A DNA stretch of 64,000 bases from IMG/VR virus record IMGVR_UViG_3300044614_001780. The stretch is one strand, 5' to 3'. Position numbers and translations under genes: made by a program. The notes under the pieces were generated by a model, which was given only the letters and a program-made list of their open reading frames with translations, ran no database searches and was not told the DNA's origin. The stretch comes from a virus. Shown in pieces: positions 1-9,800 of this stretch. Every line of letters starts with the position of its first letter. Positions within the stretch are counted from its first letter, which is position 1.

Positions 1-2087
1 CCAACAATTACAGTTCCAGCATTGACATTGATATTCATTACTCCACTTGTAGATGGAATATTTGTTCCAAAAGTACTGGATATTTTTTCTGTAATTGAAC
101 CTTCAAAATGGGTGATTCCATTAAGTCTTCCTTCACCGACAAGTTCAAAAGATGATCTTGGAAGAGTTGTTCCTATTCCAACTCTTCCTGTGCTATCGGC
201 AATAGAAACAATAGTACCAGCAGTTCCGACATGAATTAGTTTAGATGTTATAACTCCAACGTTTAAGAATCCATCATTTATAAATGTAATTCCATCTAAG
301 AATGTATTTCCTTTTACTGTGAACTTATGATTTAACGCACTAGTACCAACACCAACATTTCCGCTCAATCTCCAAATGTTGCTATTTAATTCATTAATTG
401 CCCATCTTGATGCAACATAAAGGTCACCATTTTGATATAATGTTCCAGTGAAGTTTATATCTCCAAGAACATCAACATTGAATGCTGGTGAAGTGCTTCC
501 TATTCCTAGATTATTTGTTGATGAGTTATATACAAGACCATTAGTATCTACATTCAAATAACCAACATCAGAACTAGACGATGAGAAAGTTAGATATTGA
601 TTAATGTTTGTATTATCATTTGTTAAGTAAATAGATTGTGCTGCACCAACAGTCACTGCATCTGGGGCACCCCAGACAGGAGGATTTGGTCCTTGTGAAA
701 TCAATACTTGACCAGTAATACCTCTACCATTACTTACATAAACTAAATCACTAACTTTAAAGTCTCCTTCAACATGAAGTTTATGTCCAGGTGTTGTTCC
801 TAGTCCAACCCCATTTGCTATAGAATCTACAATTAGGGTATTTGTGTCAACTGTTAAACTTCCACCAATAGAAACATTGGATGTTGTGGTTACTGTGTTT
901 GTATAAACACTTCCAGTTGATGTTAGACCAGAAACTGTTGCATTTGTTGCAAAGAAGTTTGCTATTGTTCCTGCAGTAGAAACATTTGCATACTTTGTTT
1001 TTAAGTCATTAGTTGTTGTTATGCCAGAAATAAATGCATCTGCACCCTTTAAAGAAGTTATTTGGGAATTAGTTGCATATATTGTCCCTATAGTTGCAAT
1101 TCCAATAGTTGCAATTCCAGTAACAACGACATTTGTTGCGGCAAGTCCAACTGTTGTTGTAACTCCAGTTACATTTACACCAGTTGCTTGAATATATCCA
1201 AAAGTTGAAATTCCACTTACAGACAAACTTGCTAAACTAGAACCACCACCAATTTGTAGTCCACCATTAGCAATTACAAGTCCATTAAATGTTGATACTC
1301 CACTTACAATTAAATCTGTAAAAGTATTGGGGGCATTTGCAATTGCTGCTTCTATTGTTGCTGTGGTTGTTGCATCAAGAGAAGCAATATTTCTTAATTG
1401 TCTATTTGAACTTATTACTTCTGTACTTCCAATCGATAGTCTATTTACTGATGCTAAATCATTAATAAGAATTGTATTGGATGTTACGGAACTAGAAAAT
1501 AATGTTGTTAATGTAGATACTCCAGTTGCTCTAATTGCACCAGAAACATCTAATGAAACGCCAGGAAGTGTTGAACCAATTCCCACTCTATTTGTAGAAT
1601 AATCAAATACAAAGTTAGAAGAACCAGCTAGTTGATTATCTGCTCCATGATATTGGACATTTCTTAATGTTCCAGCAGCAGGAGAAGTAATTCTTACAGT
1701 TGCAACTCCAGTTTGTTCCCCTGGGTCACCACTGACAAAATCAACAGAAACTCCAGGACCAATAAAGTTAAGAGTCGTAAAACTACTTGCCGCACCAACT
1801 AGAACATTTTCATCTCTAATTGTAAATGCTCCAGGTATAACACCCAAACCAAGACCAGAAAGTGCAGATGGTGGGACCCAATATCTATCAGATTTATCAG
1901 TTTGAGCAAAAGATGCAAGAATATATGCACCACCATTTGGATATGGCTTTGCACCAATCGAGGATGGTCCAACTAATGGATTTCCTAAATCTGGTTCTGT
2001 TTGGTCTAACGACAGATAATCATATCTGGTTGAGGATAAACCAACACCAAACTTCTTCTTAACTCTATTACTTAAATAATCAGCCAT
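1..2087 (-). CDS. Tail fibre-like virion structural protein (partial, runs off left edge)
   Basis: Not in ORF track (no stop in window). ATG at 2087, MADYLSNRVKKKFGVGLSSTRYDYLSLDQTEPDLGNP; same frame still open at the left edge; Gly/Thr/Val-rich GIGT/SGVST-type repeats. Confidence 0.8.
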   Translation of the reverse strand, partial: MADYLSNRVKKKFGVGLSSTRYDYLSLDQTEPDLGNPLVGPSSIGAKPYPNGGAYILASFAQTDKSDRYWVPPSALSGLGLGVIPGAFTIRDENVLVGAASSFTTLNFIGPGVSVDFVSGDPGEQTGVATVRITSPAAGTLRNVQYHGADNQLAGSSNFVFDYSTNRVGIGSTLPGVSLDVSGAIRATGVSTLTTLFSSSVTSNTILINDLASVNRLSIGSTEVISSNRQLRNIASLDATTTATIEAAIANAPNTFTDLIVSGVSTFNGLVIANGGLQIGGGSSLASLSVSGISTFGYIQATGVNVTGVTTTVGLAATNVVVTGIATIGIATIGTIYATNSQITSLKGADAFISGITTTNDLKTKYANVSTAGTIANFFATNATVSGLTSTGSVYTNTVTTTSNVSIGGSLTVDTNTLIVDSIANGVGLGTTPGHKLHVEGDFKVSDLVYVSNGRGITGQVLISQGPNPPVWGAPDAVTVGAAQSIYLTNDNTNINQYLTFSSSSSDVGYLNVDTNGLVYNSSTNNLGIGSTSPAFNVDVLGDINFTGTLYQNGDLYVASRWAINELNSNIWRLSGNVGVGTSALNHKFTVKGNTFLDGITFINDGFLNVGVITSKLIHVGTAGTIVSIADSTGRVGIGTTLPRSSFELVGEGRLNGITHFEGSITEKISSTFGTNIPSTSGVMNINVNAGTVIV

Positions 2088-2093
2088 TTCTTA

Positions 2094-2450
2094 TTACTGG
2101 TTAAATGTTTCAAGGATGCTGGAAAGGAATTTCAAATCTGCATTTGAACTTCCGCTTATGGAAATGGTATCACCAGTTTCTATAACTAATTTTCCAGAGA
2201 GTAAATTCGCAGTATCATTTGCTGGAATTGGATAATCTTTTAGAATCTCGGTAGTAACTGTGCCAAAACCAATAGTAGTTCTATTGTGATATAAACTTAA
2301 TGTCTGTTCAGTATTTCCAACATTTGCACATTGTGCTAGCAAAATAACACCAACAAAACCAACTGGTGACTCATAAATTGTTTCTGTAGTTAAACCTACT
2401 ACTTTAGTTACAGTTCTAAAATTATTAACTGCTGCGGCTGCTACTGCCAT
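2094..2450 (-). CDS. Small virion structural protein (fibre-associated)
   Basis: 118 aa beta-rich ORF packed between fibre genes. Confidence 0.6.
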   Translation of the reverse strand: MAVAAAAVNNFRTVTKVVGLTTETIYESPVGFVGVILLAQCANVGNTEQTLSLYHNRTTIGFGTVTTEILKDYPIPANDTANLLSGKLVIETGDTISISGSSNADLKFLSSILETFNQ

Positions 2451-2468
2451 TTTTTAAGTTCCTCCTAA

Positions 2469-5400
2469 TTATGAGAGTGCAAGAATGAATGGTGTCATTG
2501 TTGTGAACAATGCTTTTGTAAAGTCTCTACCAGAGACGGCACCAGTTGCTTGATTTATTGTTACTCCATCACCAATTCTAAAGTTACCTGCTTGGTCGGT
2601 GCTTGTATAAACAACATCACCACCATCCAATTTAACAACTTCATTTTCTTGAATAGTTACTCCACCAAGTGCTGGTTTTGCTTTTAGAATTTCCGTGCCA
2701 GAACCAATAAATTCAAAGGCATGGGAAGAAGCAAGTTGTAAACTCAATCTAGAAAAATATGCAGTTGTTCCAGTACTTACTGTATTATTTAGATTCTGTG
2801 CAAGAGTGACTGTTGTAATTCCTGCAGATGGGAGAGTTGATTCAAGAACACGATAATAAATTGGATCAATTCTTGAAACTTCTGCGGTAGCAGTAGTTCC
2901 AGAATCTGGTGATTGAATGGTTATATTTGGAGCGGAAGCATATTGACTACCCGCAGTAACAATAGTAACAGAAGTTACGGAACCATTTTCAACTGTTGCT
3001 GATGCTTGAGCAGTAATTCCATTTGGTCCCGTTGGAGTATCAATAGTAACTCTAGGAACTGCAGTATATCCAGAGCCACCATCAGTAATTCTTACTTCTT
3101 GAACAGAATAGTATAGTTTATCAAAATAAACTACTTGTCCGTCATATGGTCTATAACTTCCTATGCCAGATATAATAATTTCATTTTGTCCATTAGTTAC
3201 TGTAGTTGTTGCAGCACCAGTTAATGTATAGATTGATTTTGTACTATTGTCCCCAACTCCAATTGAAACTAATCCTCTATTTCCAAATGAAGAGTTTGAG
3301 TTTGTAATATCACACTGACCACCAGATTCGGTATAAATTGCAGTATCACAGCAAATAGTAAAAATAGAAACTAACTGTGCATAAGCACCATTGGTAATAG
3401 AAACTCCAATACCACCTTGATTGTACTGGGTATATGAGTCAACAGACATTGACCCAGTTACACCAACATCATCTTGGTCTCCTGGTTCTGCTGTAAATCC
3501 ATCTACTTTCATACCAATACTCTTTGGAATGAAATTAGTACAGTTTCTAATGTATGGTCCCTGTAAAATTGGACCGACACCTGGAGAGAATGATGGATGA
3601 TTTGGAATTGTAGTTCCTGCTCCTGCATTTCCAGGATAAGTAGTATTAATTCCAACACCTAAGATTGTCGTACCTGCCCCAATAATTGTAGTAACAATAC
3701 CAGCACAAGTATGGACTGCTGACAATACATTTGCACAAGATGCGATATCTTTATTTGAACCAGTTGCTGGGTCTGGTAAAATCCCCAAATCTTTAACTTG
3801 TGTGACTTGGGATTGATGATTTCCTGTCCAAGAGACATTATTAACACAAGAAAATGCAATGCCAACTGCATATTTAATCGTATCTATTGTTGCTTGTCTT
3901 ACACTGTATCCATTTACATCAGTTCCAGTGATGTGTTGAAGTGCTCCAGTATTGTTAAAGTAAGTTTTTGCTGCACCAACAGATTTTGAGTTTCCACCTC
4001 TAGTAATGTCATAGCATATTGCTTTGAAAATATCTTTAATGTCATCACTACAGTCTCTTGCATTTCCTGTAGGTACAACAAATGCTGGAGATTTATATGC
4101 AGTACTTGTTAAATAACCAACTGCCTCACCTGCAATATAATCAAGATTCATTCTGATGAGTCTTGCTGCATCAAAAAATCTGTTGCTAGAAACTCCAACC
4201 AAAGGTTGGAATGCAACTACTGCAGCACCATTTGTTGAATCTGGACCAACAAAACTCAAGTCAGTAATGTGTACCGCATTATTAACATGGAATAAATCTT
4301 TATCTGGATTTAATGGTCTAACTTGACAGTTTCTTAGTTCTGCCCCCTCTACGGCAACATTTTTTCCAAGTATAATTGGATTATTCTCTGCATAATATCC
4401 AGGGAAAACTTTAATAGTATCTCCAGGTAGTGCTATTGCTGCTGCTGCCTTTATAGATGCCTTTGAGTCATTTTCTGTCAATCCACTATTTGAATCATTT
4501 CCATTTTGTGTGACAAAAATTGTTTTTCCAATTGGTTTATATGCATCAATTCTAACACTACCTTTGCCATTTCCTGGTGTAATTGTAACTCCAATTCCAG
4601 GAATAATAGTAGTTACAATACCAGAAAGTTGAGAACCAGAACCTAAGAATGTTGCTGCATTTATGGTTTGGAATGTTGCACCACCAGAAACATTAACATT
4701 AGTAAGTGAAGTAATTCCTGCTACAGTTACATCTTGGAATGTACTTAATCCTGTTACATTAATGCTCGTTAATGCATTTAATCCAAGGTCTGCCCTAAAT
4801 GATGCAGCAGTTGTGGAATCAATACCAGTTAGGTTTTGAAGTTGTCTTGCACTACTAAGGATTTGTGTTGAACCAACACTAACTGAAGATACAGTTGTTA
4901 CTCCAGTTATATTTGCTCTTGTTGCTGTTAAATTTGTAATGTTTGCTGTTACTTGAGTTGATACTCCAGTAACATTTAATCTGTTTAACGTTGTTTGATT
5001 TAATACCCTTGTATCATCAAATGTACTCAATCCAACGACTGTTAAATCATTTAAAACATCCAATCCCAAAGAAACTTCAATTGTATTTCTTGTAGTTGCA
5101 TCAATCGAAGTAACACCTTCAAGAGTTGGAATTTTTGCAACCAATGCAAATAAGTTGTTAGTTGTAGTTAAACCAACATTCCTCAATACTCCACGAACAT
5201 CTAAGTTTGCTAATGGAATGCTGGTTCCAATTCCAACATAATTTAATGCTGGGTTATAGACAAGACCTTCTGGATTTACAAATGCACTGGTGTCACTATC
5301 AAAATTCTTTGTATAAGTTAAAAATTGAACCTGATTATCTGTCTGCCTGTTTATAGTTAATGATGCAGCAGCACCAACTGCTTGATATGCTGTACCAGTA

Positions 5401-5834
5401 ATATCAATGTTATAAACACCACTAAGTCGTGCAGAAGGAAGAATACCTCCAGTTATATTTGATGCACTAGTAAGTGAGTTGGAAGTTGCTGCAGTACCAG
5501 TGATATTAATATCATAGTTACCTGACAATCTCTCTCTTGGAACTGTTCCACTGAGAATGTTTGTTGCATTGTTTAAAACATTTGCAGTTGAAACACCAAT
5601 AGGATAGAATCCACTAAGTCTATCTGGATTAATTGTTCCAGATAAAATATTTGCACCACTAAAAAGAAAAGTTGAAGTAGTAGCAGATCCAGCTAAATTT
5701 CCAATAAATTGATTGGCAGTAATTGTCGATGCTCCAACAATACTATTTCCCAACAAACTTAGATTGTCATTAGCTGCCAATTCCTCTATTTGATTAGACG
5801 TTGGATTGGCAATTAAGGGATATCTGTCTGCCAT
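2469..5834 (-). CDS. Large tail fibre/structural protein with beta-helix (pectin-lyase-like) region
   Basis: 1121 aa; three NI(L/T)xGxxxxxRLSGxY repeats; FVTQNGNDSNSG...ASIKAAAAIALPGDTIKVFPGYYAE typical beta-helix entry motif; GGSGY motif. Confidence 0.75.
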   Translation of the reverse strand: MADRYPLIANPTSNQIEELAANDNLSLLGNSIVGASTITANQFIGNLAGSATTSTFLFSGANILSGTINPDRLSGFYPIGVSTANVLNNATNILSGTVPRERLSGNYDINITGTAATSNSLTSASNITGGILPSARLSGVYNIDITGTAYQAVGAAASLTINRQTDNQVQFLTYTKNFDSDTSAFVNPEGLVYNPALNYVGIGTSIPLANLDVRGVLRNVGLTTTNNLFALVAKIPTLEGVTSIDATTRNTIEVSLGLDVLNDLTVVGLSTFDDTRVLNQTTLNRLNVTGVSTQVTANITNLTATRANITGVTTVSSVSVGSTQILSSARQLQNLTGIDSTTAASFRADLGLNALTSINVTGLSTFQDVTVAGITSLTNVNVSGGATFQTINAATFLGSGSQLSGIVTTIIPGIGVTITPGNGKGSVRIDAYKPIGKTIFVTQNGNDSNSGLTENDSKASIKAAAAIALPGDTIKVFPGYYAENNPIILGKNVAVEGAELRNCQVRPLNPDKDLFHVNNAVHITDLSFVGPDSTNGAAVVAFQPLVGVSSNRFFDAARLIRMNLDYIAGEAVGYLTSTAYKSPAFVVPTGNARDCSDDIKDIFKAICYDITRGGNSKSVGAAKTYFNNTGALQHITGTDVNGYSVRQATIDTIKYAVGIAFSCVNNVSWTGNHQSQVTQVKDLGILPDPATGSNKDIASCANVLSAVHTCAGIVTTIIGAGTTILGVGINTTYPGNAGAGTTIPNHPSFSPGVGPILQGPYIRNCTNFIPKSIGMKVDGFTAEPGDQDDVGVTGSMSVDSYTQYNQGGIGVSITNGAYAQLVSIFTICCDTAIYTESGGQCDITNSNSSFGNRGLVSIGVGDNSTKSIYTLTGAATTTVTNGQNEIIISGIGSYRPYDGQVVYFDKLYYSVQEVRITDGGSGYTAVPRVTIDTPTGPNGITAQASATVENGSVTSVTIVTAGSQYASAPNITIQSPDSGTTATAEVSRIDPIYYRVLESTLPSAGITTVTLAQNLNNTVSTGTTAYFSRLSLQLASSHAFEFIGSGTEILKAKPALGGVTIQENEVVKLDGGDVVYTSTDQAGNFRIGDGVTINQATGAVSGRDFTKALFTTMTPFILALS

Positions 5835-5879
5835 TAGTTATTTGTATACTTTTTGTTCTTATAATATATAGGAAGCCTT

Positions 5880-7565
5880 TTATTTTTTCTTTTCATACTT
5901 AGAAAAATCAAAATTTTCCATTTCTTGAATTTGTTTTTTCAGTTTATCAATCTCTTCTCTCGTCCTTGCGGCAGATTGTAATAAAGACCAAGCATAGAGT
6001 TCTCTTTCGTCTCTTCTTTCTCTTAATCTCTTTGTCATTGAAATTAATTTCTCTGCAGTCGGTTGATTTGCAGATATTACAGAATTCATATTATTTGTGG
6101 CACTTGTAATTGCAGAATCATACTGGGAGCATGTTGCTCCATTTGGATCTGGTCCTCCTTGTGCCATTCCAGTATAACCAATCGAAACAGAGGTTGCTGT
6201 TCCACCAATTGTAACTTTTGTTCCAAGTGGAGCGTAAGTAGTTGTACAAGTTATAATTGGCATTTCACCTCCACTACTGGTACACGTTGTTATTGTCGGC
6301 CATTGCTTTGTTCCAATATAATAATCTGCTCTACCTGCTCCAACTTTTGGTTCTTTTATTTCTTTAACTATTACATCTCCCTTAGATTTTATTTCATCTC
6401 TTGCTTTTTCTGGTTTCCATGATTCTGTTCTATTTGGATCACCAGAAGTATCATAAAATACACTATGTCCTTTACCAACTGTTGATTTATCAATGATTCC
6501 TATTTTTACGGGACTATTTGGATTTTTCTCGTAATTAAAGTCTTCATCAATATTTGGAGTATTCCTAATCACATATATTGCTGTACTAGCAAAAGATGCC
6601 AAAGTAGTTGTTGATATAAACAAAGCAGGTATTGTTGTAAGAATTCCTACTCTAAAAATACCTTCTTCCAAATAATTAGTTGCTGGTTTATCTAAAATCA
6701 ATGAGGGAACGAGTAAAGTTGAAGTCGAGACTATTCCAACCTCGTCATAATATTCTATAGTTTGCGTAGTACTACCAAAACCAACGATTGAAGTATAACC
6801 ATTTGTGGTCAAGACTCCCACATAACTTGTAGACATTCCAGAAACTTCTGGCTCAAGAAGAATCATTCCAGTGGTTAACCCAGTTATGCTACCAGCACCA
6901 AAATTAGCAAAAGTATAAGACCCAGTGGATATGCCACCAACTAAAGTGGTAATGATTCCTACAACTGTAGTAGACCCAAACCCAACAACTTCTGGCAAAT
7001 CTCCAGTGGTAAATGCGACTGGATTATCAAGATTGTCTGATATTGTATCTCCAATCTTTATCTCTTGTGGAACTGAAGTTGCACTATTTACTCCAACTAC
7101 TGTTGACCCTAAAGAAAGATATCCATCAAATTCTGTGATTAAATTTGAACCATAATCTCTATTAGTTGGTTTTTGGTAATATTTTAAACCTTGATAAGGT
7201 TCATAGTCGTAAACAGCACTATTTTTTTGAACCTCATAAACGGTGAAAGTAACTTGTGATAATGATGCTCCATCACCAGAACCAGAAGTAACCCATTGTG
7301 TATATGAGTCTGTTTTTTTCCAAATTAAATCCGTTCTACAACCAGAAGTTATTCTAGAATCATATGCAGTTTTTACTGGAGTTATGGACTGATTTATTAT
7401 ATTTGTTGTTCCAATTGCATCTGCATCAATACCTTCTATCAACTGATCCATTTTATCAATCTCAATGTCAGCCAATGATAATCTATCGAGAATTCCTTCT
7501 CTTTGTTTGATTTTGAGTTCTAGTTCTTGCTTCAACTCTGCAATTATTTCTCTGGACTCTGACAT
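5880..7565 (-). CDS. Virion structural protein with coiled-coil termini
   Basis: ATG at 7565 preferred; late-promoter-like AATAAATA upstream; coiled-coil N and C ends around a Thr/Gly-rich core. Confidence 0.6.
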   Translation of the reverse strand: MSESREIIAELKQELELKIKQREGILDRLSLADIEIDKMDQLIEGIDADAIGTTNIINQSITPVKTAYDSRITSGCRTDLIWKKTDSYTQWVTSGSGDGASLSQVTFTVYEVQKNSAVYDYEPYQGLKYYQKPTNRDYGSNLITEFDGYLSLGSTVVGVNSATSVPQEIKIGDTISDNLDNPVAFTTGDLPEVVGFGSTTVVGIITTLVGGISTGSYTFANFGAGSITGLTTGMILLEPEVSGMSTSYVGVLTTNGYTSIVGFGSTTQTIEYYDEVGIVSTSTLLVPSLILDKPATNYLEEGIFRVGILTTIPALFISTTTLASFASTAIYVIRNTPNIDEDFNYEKNPNSPVKIGIIDKSTVGKGHSVFYDTSGDPNRTESWKPEKARDEIKSKGDVIVKEIKEPKVGAGRADYYIGTKQWPTITTCTSSGGEMPIITCTTTYAPLGTKVTIGGTATSVSIGYTGMAQGGPDPNGATCSQYDSAITSATNNMNSVISANQPTAEKLISMTKRLRERRDERELYAWSLLQSAARTREEIDKLKKQIQEMENFDFSKYEKKK

Positions 7566-7603
7566 TGTAAAGGTAACTAACACGGTTTTTAGTATTTATT
7601 TTA

Positions 7604-8323
7604 TTAAAATGACCTCCAAAGAGATGGATTTAGTCTACTAAATTCGCATTTTAAATAATCTTCTTTTACTGTGAGTGTTATGTCTCCACAGATTGCAACT
7701 CTTTGTCCCTCCCGTTTTGTTAATTGTAACGTAGAATGCATCAATGAACTTGGAAAAAGAACTACAGTACCTTCTATTGGTGTGATATTGAAATTATTAC
7801 AATTGTACTTATTAAATTTTTTTATCAAATTATATTTTCCACTTTTTGTTGTTTGGAACATAAAATCAGATACTTCATTTGGATTCTTTGCTTGATGGAA
7901 ACATAATTTATCTGAAGTTTCATTGCAATCCAAATAATAACAAAAAGATATGTCACTACAATTATGGGTATGGACTTTTATATCAGGAAGGTCTTCTTTA
8001 TGAATATTCAACCAAGATTTTGTTACATGAATATCTAAATGAGATTCTTCAACATCAAGAACAGTCAAATATTCTCTAACGTTATCAGATAAGCATTTGA
8101 AAAACTCTTTATACCTTTCTTCATGGTGTAAAAAATATCTTCCCGAATTCTCTGGTGATTCTAATTCTTCCCTCGGCAAATCATCAGAATAATGCCAATA
8201 TCCTTTTAATTCCTCTAAGTAATTGTCTTTAAACTCAGTATGACAAGATATTTCTCCACGATAAATTATTGTTGGGAATATCTCATAAATCTGATGTTTT
8301 ATTTTCCCCTTTATGTGTAGCAT
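7604..8323 (-). CDS. 2OG-Fe(II) oxygenase (TIGR02466-like)
   Basis: SWLN..HTHN..ISFCYY..PIEGTVVLFPSSLMH..RVAI pattern; start uncertain. Confidence 0.75.
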   Translation of the reverse strand: MLHIKGKIKHQIYEIFPTIIYRGEISCHTEFKDNYLEELKGYWHYSDDLPREELESPENSGRYFLHHEERYKEFFKCLSDNVREYLTVLDVEESHLDIHVTKSWLNIHKEDLPDIKVHTHNCSDISFCYYLDCNETSDKLCFHQAKNPNEVSDFMFQTTKSGKYNLIKKFNKYNCNNFNITPIEGTVVLFPSSLMHSTLQLTKREGQRVAICGDITLTVKEDYLKCEFSRLNPSLWRSF

Positions 8324-9227
8324 AATCCCAACCACCTAATGCATATTCACTATTATCTCCTGGATAATCATATGGTGTCAATCCTTTATACTCTGGTTGC
8401 AATTTATCATTAGTTACTCTTTCTGCAAAGACAGTATAATGGCACTTAATCGGCACTCCAGAGTTTGTCTTTATTTTTATTTTAGTACCATCTTGTGAAA
8501 TAGAATCAACAAATAATTCTTGATATTGTCCTATTGGAGTTAAGTTTACTGTTATCGATTCTGGATAAACAAGATTCTTCCAATATTCTGGTAATTCGAT
8601 AATATTGTTATTTTCTAATTTCCCCCTAATATATGCACCAACTTCTGGTCCTTCGAGACAAATATATCTCAATCTATGGTTTTCTTTTGTTGGGTGTGGA
8701 ATATCAAATCCCTTTCCAGCAAGAGCAAGTGCTTGCCTTGCTATTGCATTTGTTGCAACCAAAGAATCTCCAGTTGTTGTAACAAAATCAAAAGCCTGTA
8801 CATACCCACCAAATGATCCAGAAGAATGCACTATTAACGGAGCATTATTAATTTTGGGAGCATTTCCAAGACTTATTGAATTCTTTAAATCAACCGCATT
8901 TTTTAAACTTAATGCATTTTTAATAGTAATTCCATTTTTAGTTGTTACTCCCTGGAATAAACTTACTGCAAATACATTTAATGAACCAATTATATTAGTA
9001 ATTCCAGTAACTTCAAGTGATGCTGGAACAGCAAGACTACCCAATGGAGGTCCTATCATGCAAGTTGCACGAGCAATTCCTATTTGAGGAGTTGCTCCAA
9101 TATAAACTGGTCCATTAAGAACTGCAGTTCCTGGGGTTACTCTAGAAGAAGCAGTTAAAAATGAAGTGTCAACCTGCCCAACGATTAATTTATCACCAAC
9201 GGTTGCTATAGAAGATAGTGCTGGCAT
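8283..9227 (-). CDS. Structural protein with C-terminal intramolecular-chaperone-like domain
   Basis: KGFDIPHPTKENHRLRYICLEGPE..IELPEYWKNLV..ITVNLTPIG motif seen at the end of phage fibre/spike proteins. Confidence 0.65.
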   Translation of the reverse strand: MPALSSIATVGDKLIVGQVDTSFLTASSRVTPGTAVLNGPVYIGATPQIGIARATCMIGPPLGSLAVPASLEVTGITNIIGSLNVFAVSLFQGVTTKNGITIKNALSLKNAVDLKNSISLGNAPKINNAPLIVHSSGSFGGYVQAFDFVTTTGDSLVATNAIARQALALAGKGFDIPHPTKENHRLRYICLEGPEVGAYIRGKLENNNIIELPEYWKNLVYPESITVNLTPIGQYQELFVDSISQDGTKIKIKTNSGVPIKCHYTVFAERVTNDKLQPEYKGLTPYDYPGDNSEYALGGWDYATHKGENKTSDL

Positions 9228-9228
9228 A

Positions 9229-9780
9229 TTACAATATAGATAAGAATTTCTTTAAATTACCCAAAGCATTTAATATTTGTCCTATAAAAGAACCTTGAAA
9301 AATATCTACTAATGAAGAACTGGACTGTTGTACTCCTGCTGCCTGCTCTACAAACTGCCCCATAATATTTACTGAATTTTGTGCAGGAATATCAATATTT
9401 GTTCCTTTTATTCTACTTGTAGGACCATCAATCTCAACTACTTTTCCTGCTTGGATTGTTACCTCACCATCACCATCTTCAGCAACTAAACGAATACTTC
9501 TTGCTTTTAATGTAATTTGACCATTCACTGCTTCAAAATGAATGTCCCCATTCCTAGCATAGATTATTTTTGCTGGTTCCTTTTCATTTACTTTTCTTCC
9601 ACAAATTTCCATTGAAGTTTTCAATGAAATATCCCACTTGTCTCCATCCTTGTAATAAGTATACCCAGTATGCTCATCTGTAATCATTCCATAACCAACT
9701 TCTTTTCCGTTGATTGTTGTTCCAGATTGGACCTTAAATCCATATCCCTGCTGCCACCATTCTTTTTTCTGATCTGTCAT
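9229..9780 (-). CDS. Putative baseplate spike beta-helix protein (gp5 C-terminal-like)
   Basis: GDIHFEAVNGQITLKARSIRLVA..GEVTIQAG strand repeats; directly downstream of gp5. Confidence 0.5.
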   Translation of the reverse strand: MTDQKKEWWQQGYGFKVQSGTTINGKEVGYGMITDEHTGYTYYKDGDKWDISLKTSMEICGRKVNEKEPAKIIYARNGDIHFEAVNGQITLKARSIRLVAEDGDGEVTIQAGKVVEIDGPTSRIKGTNIDIPAQNSVNIMGQFVEQAAGVQQSSSSLVDIFQGSFIGQILNALGNLKKFLSIL

Positions 9781-9800
9781 TAGATATTAGGGAGTTTTTT

